A program made the position numbers and the translations under genes. Positions 12,570 through 25,719 of a stretch of 64,000 nt of DNA are shown piece after piece; position 1 is the first letter of the stretch; each line of letters opens with the position of its first letter. Location: NCBI RefSeq assembly GCF_963921235.1, contig NC_086108.1:70558001-70622000 (forward strand), read 5' to 3'. The DNA is from Mobula hypostoma. Its lineage: Eukaryota. The notes under the pieces were generated by a model. That model worked only from the letters and a program-made list of their open reading frames with translations, was not told where the DNA came from and did no database searches.

Positions 12570-13455
12570 TAGTATAGATATAAAATTACATTAATCCCAT
12601 TTGCCTGCATTAGGACTATATGCTTTGTCTATTTAAGTTTGTGTCTGAATTCCTTAAATGTAGTTATTTTATATCAACCCACTGCCTCTTATCAACTGCT
12701 CTGTGTAAAACAAAATTTGCCCCTTAAAAACTCCTTCCTCTCACTTCATACCCTTATTGTTTTATTTTTGAAACTCCTACCAGCAGGCAAAGTAAAAGAA
12801 ACTCAGCTTATCTGATCTCTTCCATACTTGGTCTTCCAATCCAGGTAACACCTTAATGATCCTGCTCTGCACATACTCAGTAAATTCAGTGATTCCTGAT
12901 AGGGGCAGCATAGATAAGGTAGTGAAGATGGATACCTACATTAGCTGAGGAACAGTATACGATGGTACAGGTTTATAAAATGTCTGTTAGGTCACAGCTG
13001 GAGTACACCCCAAGTGATTGCACTGGAGAAGATGCAGAGGAGGTTCACTGGGATATTGCATGGGCCTCAGTTATGAGACTTGTTAGGTTGGATTTTCATG
13101 GAGCAGAGGCGGTGTTGGGAGGGTGCTAATATGGAGATTGAAGGTTAAAGGCAGAAGGTAGTGGGAGACTTCCCTACCAGAGATTTCTAAAACTGGAGGA
13201 CATAGATGTAGGGTGCGGGTATGAGAGAAGAAGGGATTTTTTTTCTTCCAAAGGCTGGTTGGATTCTGGAATGCATTGTCCAAGAGGGAGGTACTGTCAC
13301 AGCATTATAGTAAAGCGTACCTCCCTCTCAGGTGGTACATTTTAACCAAGCACCATGACAATAGAGCAAATGAGATTAGAATGGATAAGATGCAATGTTT
13401 TATATGAACATGGTGGGTCGAAGATTGTGTTTCTGTAATGTATATGATTCTATAA
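12570..13455. mobile_element. old CR1 3' fragments in opposite orientations
   Basis: gttaggtcacagctggagtac, tggagaagatgcagaggaggttcac and ctggaatgcattg motifs on +; a reverse fragment precedes them. Confidence 0.6.
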
Positions 13456-13989
13456 ACTCAGCTCTTGACATGCAGCAAAATTCTGTAAACATTTAATTTT
13501 GTGCTAATAAATGACAAGTAACATTCTGAAATAAAAAGCTGGTGTCAACAATAGTTACTGGGAAACTACTACACACTCTGAAAAGCCCAGTTAACCCTAA
13601 CCCATTAACGAACGAGGATGGTGAGGATTTTGTTAATCCAGACCAGTTTAAATTCAATGTATGCAGGCGACCCTCCGTTAGGGAGGTAACTAAGTGGCCT
13701 GTATTCTTAGAAATGTTTCTGAACTATTTTCTTAGAGAACTACCATCATTTTCTGTAACGTGGGGCTGCATCATGTGTGCATCAAAAATGTGAAGTAAAA
13801 GTTGTTTATATTCCACTGTACATTCCATCAGTGTGCATATTATTCCACATCTCAGACTTTGGATAATAAGTTGTGAATTCAACAAGGGTTTCCATTACCT
13901 GAAGAACTGTAATGTGAGATTTAGTGAGTTGATGTCACTCATTTCCCATTGGTCAGCTGGTGTCCATGGTCCCCTTGGCTTATGGATCA

Positions 13990-14325
13990 GTGCAGTGCAA
14001 CTGGTAGAGCTGCTGCCTCAGTACCTGCAATCCTAGTTCACTCCAGACTCCTGTTGCTGACTGTCTGGAGTTTGCATGTGCTCTTTGTGACCATTTGCGT
14101 TTCCTTTTGATTGCTCTGATCTCCAACCACATCAAGGATTTGCAAATTGGTTCTTTAATTGTCCACTGTGATTGCCCAAGTGTGTGACTATGAGAATATG
14201 GGAGAAGTTGATGGGAAAATGGGCAGAATAAAATGGGTTGGAAGTAGAATTATTGTAACTGGTACTTGGTTGTCTGCATGACCTAGAGACCAAAGGATCT
14301 GCTACTGTAATGTGTCACTCTTTGT
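13990..14325 (+). mobile_element. tRNA-derived V-SINE/HE1-like SINE (degenerate)
   Basis: ggtagagctgctgcctca head and ggagtttgcatgt...gcgtttcc central domain. Confidence 0.65.
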
Positions 14326-14561
14326 ACTCACTGTCTCTTGGCATTTTGTATGAAAGTAGTTTAAATATTGTGTACATTAAAATTTTATTTCAACTGTATT
14401 ATTCCCTTAAATTAAGAACAGTTATGTGCTGTTATGGTAGAAATTTTGTGTAATATTTTAGTCTATAAGTATGTATTCAATGCAAACATGCCATGTAAAT
14501 TCCCAGTTGCATTTATCATAATTTTCCCAAGTAAATTTATATTACATGTTGTGACCTCTAG

Positions 14562-14674
14562 GGTGACAGAATGCCAACACCAGAGCCTCCACGAAGAGGT
14601 TACCGAGATCTTGACAGGCCTCGCAGGTCTCCCTCTCCACGGTACAGGAGAAGCCGAAGCAAAACACCAAGACG
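14562..14674 (+). CDS. PRPF38A: PRPF38A coding exon 6 (113 nt)
   Basis: ctag|GGT...CG|gtaaga; GDRMPTPEPPRRGYRDLDRPRRSPSPRYRRSRSKTPR, start of the RS region; follows a ~10.8 kb TE-filled intron. Confidence 0.95.
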
Positions 14675-15854
14675 GTAAGAAAATTGCTGAATGAGGTACA
14701 GAGTGCTGGAAATTCACAATCAATTCATAGGCATATGAAAGAATAGTTGGATGAGTATTCCAGGTATACTTGTACATATTCCCCTTTGTTTATCAATGTT
14801 CTGTTTACAATTTTTTTTTACAATAATACAATTCTTTTAAGAGTTGTGTCTTCGACTTGGCATTTTTTTGCTATAAAACCAATTCCTAATCTTAGTAGTA
14901 GTTGGATTCTGGTGTTTTAATCCAAGGTTCTTTCAGAAGTCAGGAAACAGGCAAAGGCTTAGACATAGCAAGCAGTTATTTGTATATAAATAATTATGCA
15001 AAATACAAATATAATTAATTGTTAAACTGCAAGGAAATAACAGTTAAACAGTCTAATCTAAGAATTAAACAGTTGACTGCAATTGAAAGCGCAATGGAGA
15101 GTGGCAGAGAGGACAACCAATGTCAACAAAGACTGCATTCCCACAGCTGCCTCAGAGAGTGCTTGGTTGGGATGGGAAGTGTGCATTTGAGGAGGGGTGG
15201 GATGGGATGGGCAAGGGAGAATAGAGTTCATGGAAGGTTTGACAGGGTGAGAACTTGCAAAAGTCTGGGGAGAAAAACTGAGGGCCCAGAAGAAGAGGTG
15301 GCAAGAGCCATGGGAGTGAACAGTACTATGGGTTTGGAGGAGAGTGGGCCAGAGAATGAACATTATATTTTTTTTTTATTGCCTTTAACATTCAGTTGTT
15401 AATCACATAATCGTTTATTATGTCACATATTTTAGGTGATTTTAATTAAAATTCTTGTGCTTTGGAGAACTATCAGAAATTTTTCTTCAAAACTAATCAG
15501 GTTCTTGGTTCATACAGTGTTAACAAGAATGTAACCCTTTCGTAGATGTATTTGAAGATCTTGAATATTTCTAACTTTATTTATGTTAGCTGCACTACAT
15601 TACTAGTTATTCGTTAATTTTTGTACATTCTTTGGACTCATGACCACACATTTGTTCATGGTCAGATCTTCTTTAGAATGCACTTGATTAGGTTTTGGAA
15701 TTTATCTGAACAGGTGAAACATGCACATACAACAATAAATCATTGGAGAAAATAACATGTATAATGATTTCCAGTTGGAAGTAATGTCGGAGTAGTGAAT
15801 TGTATATTTAACTTTCTTCAGAAATAATCAATGACTTAATCTTTCAATTTACAG

Positions 15855-15881
15855 GCGCAGTAGGTCTCCCAAAAGAAGAAG
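15855..15881 (+). CDS. PRPF38A: PRPF38A coding exon 7 (27-nt microexon)
   Basis: acag|GCGC...AGAAG|gtacat; RSRSPKRR; phases match exons 6 and 8. Confidence 0.93.
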
Positions 15882-15975
15882 GTACATATATTTTTAATTG
15901 TCCCTTTTAGATAATGTGGGCATCCCTGTTTCTAAGCAGACTTAATGCTTATTTTACTTTATCATTTTACTGAAG

Positions 15976-16073
15976 CCCATCACCACGTCGTGAAAGGCAT
16001 CGCAGCAAAAGTCCCAGACGTCATCGCAGTCGATCCAGAGATCGGCGTCACAGATCAAGATCCAAGTCTCCAG
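15976..16073 (+). CDS. PRPF38A: PRPF38A coding exon 8 (98 nt)
   Basis: gaag|C...CCAG|gtataa; PSPRRERHRSKSPRRHRSRSRDRRHRSRSKSP. Confidence 0.96.
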
Positions 16074-16199
16074 GTATAATTCTTAGCTTCCTTGCAAATG
16101 AATAGCTTGCTGTTTAAATCTTGAAATTTAAACTTATATAGTCTGTTGGATTGGTGAAGATTATAAGTGGAATTAACTTGACATGCTTTCCTCAATTTA

Positions 16200-16780
16200 C
16201 TGTTGTGACAAAACCTGGATGTTCTTTAAGGCTGCACTGTACATTTGCTCCCATTCTGAGTAATGATAGAGTTCCATTTGTTTCCATCTTCCACCCCAAG
16301 AACCCCTAGGCTCAGTGATTATCACCAGCTTCAGCAGATACCACCATCAGACGTCTTCCCCTTCCCTTTCAATATTGCAGTGGCATAGTTCATTTTGCAG
16401 CTGCTTGATTCAGTCATACTCTTCAGAGTCTTGTTATTCAATACTTAAGCTTTTACCTTTTCCCTTCCCAAACGTTCTTACTGAGAAAGCTGTGATTCAC
16501 TTGTGCTTCCAATATAGTATATTGCATGTGATGCTCACAATGTGAACTTCTCTGTACTGAAGAAAACAATTCAGATCATGTGACCAGAATACCTCCGTGT
16601 AGTCCATAGGGGTAATCTTGAGCTTCCCGATGCCTGTCTCTTTAATTCTCCATTTCAATCCCACTCTGCCCTCCTTCACCGTGTCAGTAAACATGAGGAA
16701 AACATCTTATTTGCTACCTCAGCCTGTTAATGCCTTCGGGACTCAACATTGAACTTAACAATGAACTTAACAATTTTGGT
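16200..16780 (+). mobile_element. degenerate Penelope-like element (GIY-YIG region)
   Basis: cacttgtgcttccaatatagtatattgcatgtgatgctcacaatgtg resembles FTC.S.N.VYCI.CS.C; similar to the 22279-22530 fragment. Confidence 0.6.
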
Positions 16781-17632
16781 AACCAGACTTTCCAGTTTGT
16801 GTTCAAGCGTGTCATTTGTGGTCAGAAAGAAGGGGACGCTGGGGATCCTCTGTGGTGTGGGTAAACTGAGTGAGGAAGTAGACTGGTTTGCATTGTACAG
16901 CTTTTTTCTTGCTTGGGGTTGTGCAGTGATAGGTTAGAATTTTGATTATGCTGTTGGATGAATAGTGGAAACTAATTCAATTGTGGTGTTCAAACTGGTA
17001 ATGGATGTATATTGAACAGGCAGGACCTGTGCTGTAACCAATGTTTGATTCTGTGGGTATATCTAAAATGTTCAGGTCACCATATCCTGTGGGGGAAAAA
17101 AACTAGAGTTTTGATACTGTGATTAAATTGAATGGAAGAGAAAAGCACTTAAAGATGGGTGTTGGAAGTGAAGTAAGCCCATGAACTTAGGAAATGAGGC
17201 AGAATGATTAAATAGTTAAATAGGACAAGATAGCAAGATGTGTCAGAATGAGTTAAGGGGAATTTGAAACACTGAACATGTTCATATAGTTTTAGTCTGT
17301 GCACAGTATAAACACAATTGAAAAGCAAGAGCCTTTGAATAAATAGATACTAAATGAAAAGGACCACCATTTTAAATTTTTTTTTCTATTTTGAATTATT
17401 TTCAAGCTTTGTATCTGCAGGAGATTTTCTCTCTTCTGACACTGATTTGCACCAACATGGATAACTTTTGAGCTTTGTTCTCCAAAGAAAGTTTGGTGAT
17501 TTTCCTTTATATAATTTTTCTATGTTACATGCAAGCCTTTTGGAGGAAATCATGTGATTTCCATATCCAAAATCTTTCTTGCCATATACATGCTTTCATC
17601 ACTGATACATACATGTTCTACCTTTCAAATAG

Positions 17633-17681
17633 GTCATCACAGAAGCCACAGACACAGAAGTCATTCCAAAACACCTGAAAG
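17633..17681 (+). CDS. PRPF38A: PRPF38A coding exon 9 (49 nt)
   Basis: atag|GT...AAAG|gtaaca; GHHRSHRHRSHSKTPE. Confidence 0.96.
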
Positions 17682-17765
17682 GTAACATTAGTTTAAAACA
17701 ACTTTTTCTTAATAATCGTAATTCACTCTGTGCATAATTTCTAATCACTTCTGCACTGTTCTTAG

Positions 17766-17808
17766 ATCAAAGAAGAGTCACAAGAAGAGTCGCCGAGGAA
17801 ATGAATGA
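17766..17808 (+). CDS. PRPF38A: PRPF38A last coding exon
   Basis: ttag|A TCA AAG...AAT GAA TGA; SKKSHKKSRRGNE*, matching the vertebrate PRPF38A C-terminus as I recall it. Confidence 0.97.
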
Positions 17809-18366
17809 AGGTTCCACAAAATCACAAATCTGCACTTCAAGTGCATCTCAAGACTTGTTTGTAGATAAAACTGCTATGTTAACAATTTTTTGTCTTTGGT
17901 GTTAATATGTTATTTGCAAAAATTCCATTTGACCTAATAGTGCTATGGTGAAACTTTTCTAACATTTTTGGAAGAGGCAGAATATTCACAATTTGGATTT
18001 TTGTGAATAGTAAAAATGTTGAGTACTTTTTAAAGTGTCTTTAATGATTTTTATTACTGTTAACTTTGATAAAATCTTTTGGTTGTGAAATGAGCAAATT
18101 CATTTTTTTTAAGCTGATGCTTGGAAACTGAGACAATGATTATGCAAAAATTCACTTAAGACATGACTGAATCTTTGATTGTTCACAGTCAAAGTTCACA
18201 GTTTTAAGAAGTAAAAACCAATACTATGGAAAACATTAGTGTCATAATTATATTGTACAACTAAAGCACATAAGCATTTATGTGTACAAATTGGCTAGCC
18301 ACAGGATGTTTTGTCCTTATTGGCAAAATACAAATTAACAATTTTAAAAGGAGTCTTTTTGTGTTT

Positions 18367-18372
18367 ATTAAA
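18367..18372 (+). terminator. candidate polyadenylation signal for PRPF38A (ATTAAA; a second copy at 18392-18397)
   Basis: ATTAAA about 560 nt after the stop codon in AU-rich UTR-like sequence; not verified by transcript data. Confidence 0.4.
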
Positions 18373-21218
18373 ACTTTTTACAAATACACAAATTAAACTG
18401 GAGTATCAATATTAATTATGTATTTAAATCTCCTGATGTGATTTGAATCTGACTGTTTTCAGACAAATAGTGAAAAAGTCAGATAGAAAGAGCTTAGCTG
18501 ATCTAGGAAGTTGTATCATGTATTCAGATTCCAACCCACCAGGAGCTATGAGACAGGGTAAACAAGTCTATTTAAAAACCTAGACCATTCTTGGGGGAAA
18601 AATAACTTCTGAGAAATTCCTCTCCTAGAGATAGAGATTCCCATCATGACTTGTACCAACTTTTTATGGTCATATGGTCACAATGCCTCAAATGTTTTCA
18701 TATTTTCAATTCAGTTGTTGACTAATTTATACCTGAAATGCAGATTCATTTCTAGTATTTGCTCTACATGATTATTCATACATTAGTGCCTGTCCCTTTA
18801 TAAACTGATTCTCAGTAAATGCTACATATAAAAATATTGTAAAACATATCAGACTTCATGAAAAATTTACCCGCTATTTAAATTGTAGGTAAATTTAACA
18901 AATTGCTATTTTCCCATCAAAAATTGGTAAAATGATTTGAGAGAAAACTTCTCGGAAGAATAGGTTATGGTAACCATACAGTATAACATCAATAACTATT
19001 TAGTTTGGCGTTTAGTAGATCTGACCATAGATTTAAACACAATCCAAGTATTGGGTGACCTCAACCAAGCCTATATTTGTCAGCCTTCATTCAGTTATAG
19101 CACATTTGTCTACATTCAAACATTTGGATACTTGAACATAATATAAGCCTGTAGTAAAGAATGGTTGGATGTTTAAAAAAAAATGCATCTACTTAAAAAG
19201 AGATTTTGTTTTGGTTCTCTGGACAATGTTGCATTCAACCAACGTCACTAAAGGAGTAATTTTTTTCATTGTGGATATCAACTGGTGATTTTGTTTTGAA
19301 AGATGTACACAATTGGCATTTAATAATCTCAGTTTATTAAAAGTTAAGGTTAGAAAAAAAGAGATGCATCATTAGACTCATGTTACGGTAACATTAGAAG
19401 TCCATTGATGAACTAGGCACCAGAGGATTTATAAAAACTGGGTGCTGTCAGCAAGAAGAAAAATAGTAAATTTAACAATTGTTCTGAGATGTGTATATTT
19501 TAATAATTATAAATTCAATATGAGTTGGTGGCAAATGTATACCAACTGTCACTTTGGGTTATACCTTGAAAATTTCTTGCTGTGACTGCAGTTTTTGTTA
19601 CTCGGTCATTTCAAATTCTGAGGTATCTAGCTTTAATAGATTTCCCCCATATCTTGTTCTTATTTGATGAGCTTCAGGCTACAATGCATTATGACTTTGC
19701 AAGACTACTGCTGTGTTGGTCAAAAATGGAGTCCCTGCTGATTTTGTTTCTCTCTCAATTTAAACATTGGAAAAACCAAAGCTCTGATTTTTAACTCTTG
19801 ATACAAACTCTGCATCCTTGCCAAAGATTTCAACCACCTTGGCCCATGTATTGAGCTGAGATTGACAGTTCACAACTTTGATTTTTATTTTCAAGTTCCC
19901 TGACAAATTGATTCCAAAACCTTCACCCTTGGATTTCTTAGTTTCATAACATGCCAATGTTCCCTTGGCTTTTAAAAAAAGAACGATTTCATAAAAGCTT
20001 TGCTGGCTTACTTAAACATCACCAAAAATCCTTGCTATGTCAATCCCAATCCTCACTGACCATTAGAACAGTTCTTGCTTAACTCCCTTCAAGTTCTCCA
20101 TCCTCTCTATTCATAATTTCATTCAGCCCCATAACCATCTAAGAACTCTGACTTCTGGGTCAAACCATTTTTTGTTTCATCTGTGTGTTTATCGTCAGAC
20201 CCAATGTTCTATCATTTCCTCTCAAAAACTGAACTTCTCCAATCTACTTCTGCTTTAACAGACGCTACCACAATGGCTAAGCATTCAGTAATCCTAAATG
20301 TATATCTCTTGGCTTAGTTACTTTATATGGCTCAGAGTGACTCAAAGTACGCAGCTTGTGATACATAGTACATTGTTCTGCCTTTTTGAATGATGTTAAG
20401 TAAAATTATTGCACAAATATTGTAAGTATTGATCTCACATTTCATAGGATGTTGTACTGCCCACAATTTGAGGGATTGTGAATTCACTAATTACACATTT
20501 AATGAATTTTGTTTTTTTTTAAGTTTTGGATTTATAGCTGTCTTCAAATAGTGTTCTATTGCAACTACCTGGCAAAAATAGAGATTGGCAAATTATTTAG
20601 TATTGTATGGGAGGTCACATGATAATGGTGGTATTTGGGGTATGACAGTGCAGAAATGGGAAATGGTACAGTGTGTCTGTTTTATGGAGTGGCGGTATCG
20701 GGGAAGGGTTAATTGCAATTCAAATTTTAAGTAAACATTTAGTAATGCAAATAAATTGAGCAAAGTTGCATACTTTTAATAGGAATTTTTTATCAGCAAG
20801 TTCTTCAAGCAATAATCTCTTCTGAAAAAAATATTCCCACATGGGGGAGAAAGCTGCCACATTGTTTCGAATTATATTTAACTGCAAACCTTTCGGGTCC
20901 ACAAGTAACTTGTGAAGTAGTAATACAAATAAAATAAACCTAACGTCCGAACTATTTTGTGGTACTGATTGAGAATATAGTAGTAAGGATTTTACCAGAG
21001 ATAGGATGGTTCACATGGGAATGAAAAGTAATTGTACAGGGAACAATAAAGACTTGTGACAAGGGAGTGAGATTATGGCAAGCAAGTCTCGAGATTATAA
21101 GGTTTTATATTTTCCCTCAAGCTACTTCTCATCCACACAATCTCACTACTTTGGTCAACATGAAGACCATTGTGTGATTATTCTAATGTTCTGTGTGCAT
21201 TTTAAATACGCAGCTGAA

Positions 21219-22530
21219 TAGCACACACAAAATGTTGGAGGAACTCTGCAGGCCAGGCAGCACCTATGGAAAAGAGTGCAGTCGACTTTTCAGGCTGAGA
21301 CCCTTCAGCAGGACTGGTGGAAAAAAGATGGGTAGAGTTAAAAGGTGGGGCTAAGGGAGGGAGAAACTGGCAGAGGGAGGGGTGAAGTAAAAAGCTGGGA
21401 AGTTGATTTGGTGAAAGAGAGGCAGGGCTGGAGAAGAGGGAACCTAATAGGAGAGCACAGAAGGCCATGGAAGAAAGAAAGGGGGGTGGGGAGCACCAGA
21501 GGGAGCCGATGGGCAGGTAAGGGAGATAATGTGAGAGAGAGAAAATGGCATGAGGAATGGTGAAGGGGGTTGGGGCATTACTGGAAGTTTGAGAAATTGA
21601 TGTTCGTGCCATCAGGTTGAAGGCTACCCAGACAAAATATAATGTGGTGCTCCTCCAACCTGAGTGTGGCCTCATCGCGACAGTAGAGGAGACCATGGAC
21701 TGACATGTCAGAAAAGTAATAGGAAGTAAAAATGGGTGGCCACTGGGAGGTCCCACTTTTTCTGGTGAATGCAGCTTAGGTGCTTGGCGAAGCGGTCTCC
21801 AACTTGATAGCATGAACATTGACTTCTCTAACTTCCGCCCATGCCCCACCTCCCCTTCATACCCCATCCGTTATTTATTTATATACACACATTCATTCAT
21901 TCTTTCTTTCTCTCTCTCTCCTTTTTCTTCCTCTGACTATACCCCTTGCCCATCCTCTGGGTTTCCCCCCCCCCCCCTTTTCCTTCTCCCTGGGCCTCCT
22001 GTCCCATGATCCTCTCATATCCCTTTTGCCAATCACCTGTTCAGCTCTTGGCTCCATCCCTCCCCCTCCTGTCTTCTCCTATCATTTCGGATCTCCCCCT
22101 CCCCCTCCCACTTTCAAATCTCTGACTAGCTCTTCCTTCAGTTAGTCCTGATGAAGGGTCTCGGCCTGAAACGTCGACTGTACCTCTTCCTAGAGGTGCT
22201 GCCTGGCCTGTCGCGTTCAACAGCAACTTTGATGTGTGTTGCTTGAATTTCCAGCATCTGCAGAATTCCTCGTGTTTGCCTCCCTACCTATGTTGAGTCT
22301 CACCAATATCCAGGAGGCCACTCTGGGAGCACCAGACACAGTATATGACCCCAACAGACTCACAGGTGAAATGTCAGCTCACCTGGAAGGACTTTGGGGC
22401 CTTGAGTGGTAGTGAGGGAGGGGGTGTAGGGGCAGGTGTAGCACTTGTTCTGCTTACAAGGATAAGTGCCAGGAGGGAGATCAGTGGGGAGGGACAAATG
22501 GACAAGGGAGTTGCATAGGGAGTAAATAAT
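21219..22530 (-). mobile_element. Penelope-like element 3' part (Cys-rich linker, GIY-YIG endonuclease, pLTR), interrupted by an inverted pLTR at about 21811-22278
   Basis: PPGTYPCKQNKCYTCPY, FTCESVGVIYCVWCSQSGLLDIGET, LGDRFAKHL...LPVATHF; pLTR with a hammerhead-like motif. Confidence 0.85.
22144..22179 (+). ncRNA. minimal type-I hammerhead ribozyme motif in a Penelope pLTR
   Basis: AGUC-CUGAUGA-AGG(GUCUCGG)CCU-GAAA-CGUC^GACU: intact core, stem I AGUC/GACU, palindromic ACGU stem III. Confidence 0.75.
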
Positions 22531-23179
22531 CTGTTTAAAATTCCAACTTCCATGAGAAAGGCTAGTGTTGAGCATTGATTAAGTACTTGCTTCAGTAAAA
22601 TACTCTTAAAGGATTGTTCCTGGTCACAAGCAGAGACTGACCTTTGGAGGTGCTTCTCTTGTTTTGGGATTGGTATCGGTAGATATGAAACAAATAGTAA
22701 TTTGAGTGAGCAATTGACCAGGATGTAGTGAGAAAATTACAGAGTAGACAAGAGTTTAATTTTATGATATTCAGGTTGATTGAGGGGTTCATCTGAAAAG
22801 AGTCATGAGGAAAATAGTATATTAGTTAGCTAAGTGCACCGACAATGTATTAGCCAATTTCAGCATGTCAAGTATAATGATCAGTGCCTAATAGGATTGC
22901 CATGGGACACAAATCAAATCATTTCAACACTGAAAAAGTAATTAAATGAGGAAGAGATGATGGCGTTTTAAGAAATGTAGCGGAACAATTAAGGAATTGG
23001 AGATTCTGCAGCATCTTCATCAGGAAATTAATTTGCATTGCATTCGATATTTTTTTTAAAATATCACTTTCAGCCAAGGACCTTGTTATATTTGGAAAGG
23101 TCTCAAAAGTTGTGGCATTGTTTTACCAGATTCTCATTTGGGAAGTAAGAGACTCAATGATTCCATCTCTTTTGAAAGA

Positions 23180-24170
23180 TGAGTTTCAAATGAGTTCCAG
23201 AGGCCCAGTCAACGGCGGGAACAGAGCACTTTGAGGAGGTTGCTCGCAGGTTGGCAAAGCTTGTATAAAAGGGACCATGAGAAGGCCCTGGCGAGCAGGA
23301 TTAAGGAAAACGTCAAGGCATTCTACAAGTATGTGAAGAGTAAGAGGATGAGGCGTGTGAGAATAGAACCAATCAGGTGTGATACGTAATGGAAACATGT
23401 CCATGGGGCCGGCGGACGTAGCAGAGGTACTTAATGAATACTTTGCTTCAGTCTTCACCAGTGAAAAGGACCTTGGCAATTGAGGGGATGACTTTCAGCA
23501 AACTGAAATGCTTGAGTATAGACATCAAGAAAGAGGATGTGCTGGAGCGGTTGAGAGGTAATAATTTAGATTAGTCACTGGGACCAGATGAGATATACCT
23601 CAGGCTATTGTGGAAAGCGAAGGAGGAGATTGTTGAGCCTCTGGCAATGATCTTTGCATCATCAAAGGGGACGAGAGATGTACCAGAGGATTGAAAGGTT
23701 GTAAATGTTGTTCCCTTGTTCAAGAAAGGGAGTAGAGATAACCCAGGAAATTATAGACCAGTGAGTATTACTTCAATGGTGGGCAAATTGTTGAAGATCC
23801 TGAGAGGCAGGATTTATGAGTATCTGGAGAGACATAATCTGATTAGGGATAGTCAGCATGACTTTGTCAAGGGCGTGTCATACCTTAAAAGCCTGATTGA
23901 ATTCTCTGAGGATGTAACAAAATACATTGATGAAGATAGAGCAGCGGATGTAGTGTATATGGATTTCAGTAAGGCATTTGATAAGGTTCCCCATGCAAGG
24001 CTCATTCAGAAAGTAATGAGGCATGGGATCCAAGGAGACCTTGCTTTGTGGATCCAGAATAGGCTTGCCCAAAAAAGGCAAAGGGTGGTTGTAGATGGTT
24101 TGTATTCTGCATGGAGGTCAGTGACCAGTGGTGTTCCGCAGGAATCTGTTCTGGAACTCCTCCTCTTTGT
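23180..24170 (+). mobile_element. CR1 LINE ORF2 (RT) fragment
   Basis: [43 protein letters not shown]. Confidence 0.9.
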
Positions 24171-25190
24171 GAGCCTGGGCCTCTGTACCTCTGTAACTGG
24201 ATCCATGACTTCCTCAGTAGGAGACCACATTCAGTACGGATCAGAAATAAGGTCTCCTCCTTGCTGACAATCAGCACTGGCGTACCTTGAGGATGCATGC
24301 TTAGCCCACTGCTCTGCCCTCCCTACACTTATGTCTGTGCGGCTAAGCACAGCTCAAACACCATCTATAAATTTGCTGACCACACTACTATTGTTGACTG
24401 AATTTCAGATATTAACAAGTGGGTGTACAGGAGCAAGATAGATCAGCTGGTTGAGTGGTGTCAAAACAACAATCTTGCACTCAATATCAGTAAGACCTGG
24501 GAAGTGATTGTGGACTTAAGGAAGGGGAAGTCAAGGGAGAACACACCAGTGCTCATAGAGTGATCAGCAGTGGGAAGTGTGGCCAGTTTGAAGTACCTGG
24601 GAGCCAACATCTCTGAAGATCTATCCTGGGCTTAATGTATTGATACAACTACAAGTTTGAGTTCGAGTAGAATTGGCAAGTCACCAAAGACATTCGCAAA
24701 TTTCTACAAGTGAGCCATGGAAAGCAATTTAACTGGTTGCATCACCTTATAGAATGGAGGGGCCATTGGTGAGAACTGAAAAAAGCTGCACAAAGTTGTA
24801 AACTCAGCCAGTTCCATTGTGGGCATTAACCTCCCCAGCAACAAGGATATTTTCAATAGGAGATGACTCAAAAAAAGTGCCATCCAACATTACGAACCCC
24901 ATCACTCAGGACATGTCCTCCTCTCATTGCTACCAACAAGAAGGAGACACAGGAGCCTGAAGACACACTTAACATTTTGGGAACAGCTGTTTCCCCTCCA
25001 CCATCAGATTTCAGAATGGACAATGAAACTATGAACACTACATCACTATTTTTCCCTCTCTTTTTGCACTACTTATTTAATGAATAAATATACTTATTGT
25101 AATTTATAGTGTTTATTATTGTGTATTGCATTGTACTGTTGCTACAAATTTCATGACAAATGGCAGTAATATTAAACCTGATTTTGATTT
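24171..25190 (+). mobile_element. Rex1/Babar LINE 3' fragment
   Basis: cttagcccactgctc and aaatttgctgac motifs; tail aaacctgattttgatt; similar to 48413-49793. Confidence 0.8.
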
Positions 25191-25719
25191 CTTTATACTT
25201 GTATCTTGCATCTAAAGGTATTGCATGTAAATTAGATTATGTCTGGTGCCCCCTTCCTTTCCAGACTGAGTGAACGGTTTCAGCCCAGAACATCAACTGT
25301 TTATTTTTCTCCATAGGTGTTGTTTGACTTGCTGAGTTACTCCAGTATTTTGTGTGCGTTGCTCAGATTTCCAGCATTTACAGTGAGAGACACAAGAGAT
25401 GTGTTTATATTTAGTGGCCCAGTTTGGGCTAATGTTAGTTTGCTCAATAGAAAATTCATGGGATTTTTTTTCATATCTGTTTTAGACTTGTATTACTTAG
25501 ATGTTTTTGAACTTGTAGTTTTGAAACTGGGTTTGTTTGTCTCAGTTCAAACTAATACCAACATTGTTGAAAAACAATGGGATATTGTATAGTGTCATTA
25601 AGAATCGTGTGTGTCACACATAGCCTACTTAGAAATCTGAAATTGTGCTTGTGAGTTGGGGTGCACATAAGGACAACACTCTTAATCGGGGTTGGCCATT
25701 ATCCAAAGGGTGCCTGATT

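Noticed and set aside
13628..13692. Possible cassette exon in PRPF38A intron 5 (ttaatccag|...gggag|gtaact)
   Set aside because: Only generic splice-like motifs; no homology or other support is visible.
15019..15402. 127-aa ORF in purine-rich intron sequence
   Set aside because: No recognisable homology; explained by compositional bias.
21202..21867. 221-aa minus-strand ORF
   Set aside because: An off-frame reading of Penelope endonuclease and pLTR low-complexity sequence.
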